64,000 bases of DNA from Octopus sinensis (lineage: Eukaryota), in NCBI RefSeq assembly GCF_006345805.1, contig NW_021825821.1:248001-312000 (forward strand). Direction: 5' to 3'. The position numbers and the translations under genes were made by a program. Positions 60,850 through 64,000 of this stretch are shown here, in pieces. Each line of letters starts with the position of its first letter. The first letter of the stretch is position 1. The notes under the pieces are model-generated. The model was given only the letters and a program-made list of their open reading frames with translations. It was not told the origin of the DNA and did not search any database.

Positions 60850-63000
60850 CTGCATTTTATTAAAGATATGTCGACATCCAGCCTCATATACTAGCTGTAT
60901 TGCTCCGAATTACATATTTTCTTCACTAGCTTAAAATTTGGTCTGAATTTGGCTCGAAGAAGTGACAATTCCTCAACGAAATAGGGAATACCACGACAGT
61001 ACGTCGTAGTTTACCAGTTCTCGGTGGTACTGGTTGTTAATAAAGAAATCTTTTTGTCCACGTTGTCAAAATTGGATTGATGAGACCTACTTTATTAAAA
61101 TTGAGCACTTGTAAGTCGGCGGTGGGAACAGAGAAATCCAACAACCTCTGCAATCTTCTTTCTGGTTTGAACTTGACTGGGTGACATGATACGGTGACTA
61201 TTTCGAGTAGTTGAGGCAGAGATATTTTTGATAAGACACATCGACACTTCCATACCTGGCATTCTTCGCACTCCTCCTCCAACAGGTGGTTTTCAGGAAA
61301 ATAAAAGTCACGGTCCAACTCAATCACCAAAAAAATGGCCTTCTGCCTTTCACGGACACTTTTTTGTCAAACTCTCCGAGTACTATTGCTCACTGAAAAT
61401 CCCTTTTTTCATTCCAAATATAGGCAGCTAAATGCTTTTCCGTCCTCATTAACAATGGTTTTATTTTGAACAAGTGGAAGCTTGGTTTCGCTCTGTCTGC
61501 TTTGCTTTCCTGGAACACGTATTTCTAAGTGCCCTTCAAAAACACAGAAATGTTTCCAAGTAGACAATATTTTAACATATTTTTCTAATGCTATTCTACA
61601 GGCACATTTCTACTTAATGGAGCTTCCCTGAACCTCCCATGTCATATAAATGGTATATATGAACACAAACGGGAAAAGTCTAATGTTGTCCACATATTTG
61701 CATATAAGTTAATATCTCATAAAGTGTGCCTTCCTGAAGTATCCTGTACACCACGTGAGGCATTAATATCTGTTTACGAAAATTAATCATAACTTGTTTT
61801 TTAGACGTGGCAGTGTACGTCCCTTTAGAATCATCCGGAATTTTTCGATAATTCGTCTGCGAGCTGTCTATGTGAGACCGTGGAATTTGAGTGAAGGTTT
61901 CCCTCTGCTTTTTTGTCGAGTTTTACACGTGTTTTGAAATTTAATTAAACTTTCATTTTGGATTTGTCAAACTTTAATTAAGTAAATGTCCTCTAGAAAA
62001 CATTGGAGAATATGATAGTTGAACATAATCTTTTCAGAAATAGAGGTGGAGCCTGAAAAGAGATTCTGTAAAAATAAAAATGAAAAACTAGACCAAACGT
62101 GTATAATCCTCTTTTAAAATAAATGACTGCATCCTTCGACGTAAATATGATACGTTTTCTTTACTTAATTTTTTGTTTTTATACCCTGCCTTTTCTTGCA
62201 TCCAGCACAGGAATACTGCCCTATAGGATTTCTTTTTGTTTGGTGCTGATGTGTATTGGCAGTCCTTAATGCCGACTTTCCAATTTACGACGACTAGATA
62301 ATTAAATTTTAAAGTTCTTCCAAGACATAAACGACATTCTAAATTCCGGCGACTTAGTTAAGAAAAACTATGATTTCTGCATTCGACCGCACGTGACCGT
62401 CTTCAAAATATCGGCCAAATTTGAAAAGAAAGTGGGGAGAAATTATTGTCTCAATCCAGTCAGTTATATCAAATTACTTAACCTGTTTATTCTTCCAAAT
62501 GGTTTAATGACAAAACAATTAGATGCTAGCTAGGTGAGTAGCTAAGAGAATAATCAAGAGCGTAAGCGTCAGCTCAACGACCATATTGAATGTTAGTTTT
62601 TGCGGAGTAGAGCGATCTAGATTTGCTGAAAAAGCAGCCACCTGCTTATACATATCCTTGTCACGACAAAAGAGTACTTACATTTTACTATTATGAGGGA
62701 CCTACTCCGTAATGCCAAAAAATCAAGAATAGGTTGGCTAAACTCTTAGAAACCAACAAAATCGCCGTTTTAATGAAAAAACCTCCAAAAACTGAGACCT
62801 AAAATTAAAGATATGTCAAGAGAAACTACAAAGTTGATGGAAAAGTTGTCGGAAGACCAGAATATAGTAGATATTGTGAGGACCTAAAGTAATGAGTAAA
62901 TACAGAAACCAGTAGCTGGTGAACAAAGCTCAACGTGATTTGAAAAAGCTATTTCTGAGTCTTTGAATGCACTGGATATTAGTGACATTAAATAATCAGA
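60850..63000 (-). CDS. Probable unidentified multi-exon gene, possibly a membrane protein; boundaries unresolved
   Basis: 26-28 nt GT-AG introns near 62799-62826 and 62884-62909 join hydrophobic exons (LFQITLSFVHQLLVLTISTIFW..VSVFGGFFIK); ORF 61037-61330. Confidence 0.3.
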
Positions 63001-63234
63001 GTATGCAAAACTCTGCCGAACTAATACAGTCTGTTATGGACGTGCTGTGTCCTCTTACATTGAAGGTCATTATTCTCTTCAATTTAGAACCTACTTGTGC
63101 TCATGGTCCTGGCAGAGAATTTCGATTTCCATTCTCCGAGGGGACAATCAGGAAATTCTTTCTGCACAAAAATGATATTTCGTTATTTTAAAAATAATTT
63201 GTCTAAATTAAAAAATATTAATTCAACGTTTGTG

Positions 63235-63924
63235 ATGACGTGCGAATTTGTGATTCCTGGAGACATAGTTCCAAACACAAACGATGATACCCGCATTGTC
63301 GGATTTGGAATAAGAAAAGACGAAAGTAATATTTTTCGGTGTGTTATGGCTGGATATATACACCGAGATGGAAATAATATATCCATTGATTCAATTGGAA
63401 AGATTGTTTCTTTTATTTTTATTATTTCTAGTATATGCCCAAAGTTGGGGACTACGTAATCGGTGTTGTAACCAGCACAGGAGAGTACCACCGCGTCAAC
63501 ATCAACGGCACTGGTCCTGCTTCTCTAAACTCGAATGCCTTCGGTACCAGTAAAAAGAGTCGGCCAAACATTAACGTTATTTGTTGACTGATTTCAGATT
63601 GGGAGCATAGTTTTGGCCCGTGTTTTAAACTGTGGGCGAGGATGTGAGACTCAACTAACCTGCGACTCCCTCGTCAAGAAAGGTTCAAAGCTGGGACTGA
63701 TTGGAGAGAAGAACTTGCATTATTCCAGCAACGGAATGCTGTTTTCACTGCCTCCCCACATTTGTCGTAAACTAAGATGTATGCAAGTCCCTATTTTGAA
63801 CGATATTGGGAATGAATTTGCTTATGAAATTGTGGTTGGAATTAATGGATATGTTTTTGTCGATTCAACTAAACCTGAAAACACTTTGCTTATTTACAAA
63901 AAACTTGGTTCTCTTGTAAAATGA
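63235..63924 (+). CDS. EXOSC3: Exosome complex component RRP40
   Basis: VIPGD, YMPKVGDYVIGVV, SKKSRPNINIG.IVLARV and YEIVVGINGYVFV motifs; 2 micro-introns. Confidence 0.9.
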
Positions 63925-64000
63925 ATTTTGTTTATATTTATTTCTGATGTGAATTAATTTCACCACCTAGATAATGGCGGATGGCCAGAGAGATTTGTTC

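Noticed and set aside
60850-63000. Stop-codon reassignment or a pecanex-like identity
   Set aside because: Apparent in-frame TAGs can be splice acceptors, well-conserved genes here have no internal stops, and similarity was too weak to name the gene.

Overview
AT-rich eukaryotic genomic DNA. Compact host genes split by tiny spliceosomal introns (mostly 22-32 nt) sit between densely nested transposon debris. The intron size is reminiscent of dicyemid mesozoans, but the organism is only an inference. Host genes reconstructed by manual splicing: ARP8, VPS28, TRAPPC2L, a stand-alone DUSP12/YVH1-type zinc domain, calcineurin A, two NPC2/ML-domain paralogues, PHAX, an AKR1 aldo-keto reductase, a HIG1-domain protein and EXOSC3. 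Mobile DNA: APE-type LINE fragments, R4/Dong-like RLE retrotransposons (one with a 1102-aa ORF), about 12 copies of a CRE-clade RLE element (one near full length with a PHD finger), several hAT elements, pogo/Tigger, an intron-containing Merlin and a Helitron. The most striking feature is at 46976-48402, a poly(A)-tailed, TSD-flanked insertion of seven 192-nt units. The first unit keeps a 24-nt GT-AG micro-intron and the array is bounded by splice sites, while all internal junctions look exactly spliced. This fits a reverse-transcribed back-spliced circular RNA (or spliced tandem transcript) whose unit carries a stop-free 64-codon frame. All gene models and alignments were read by eye; no searches were run.
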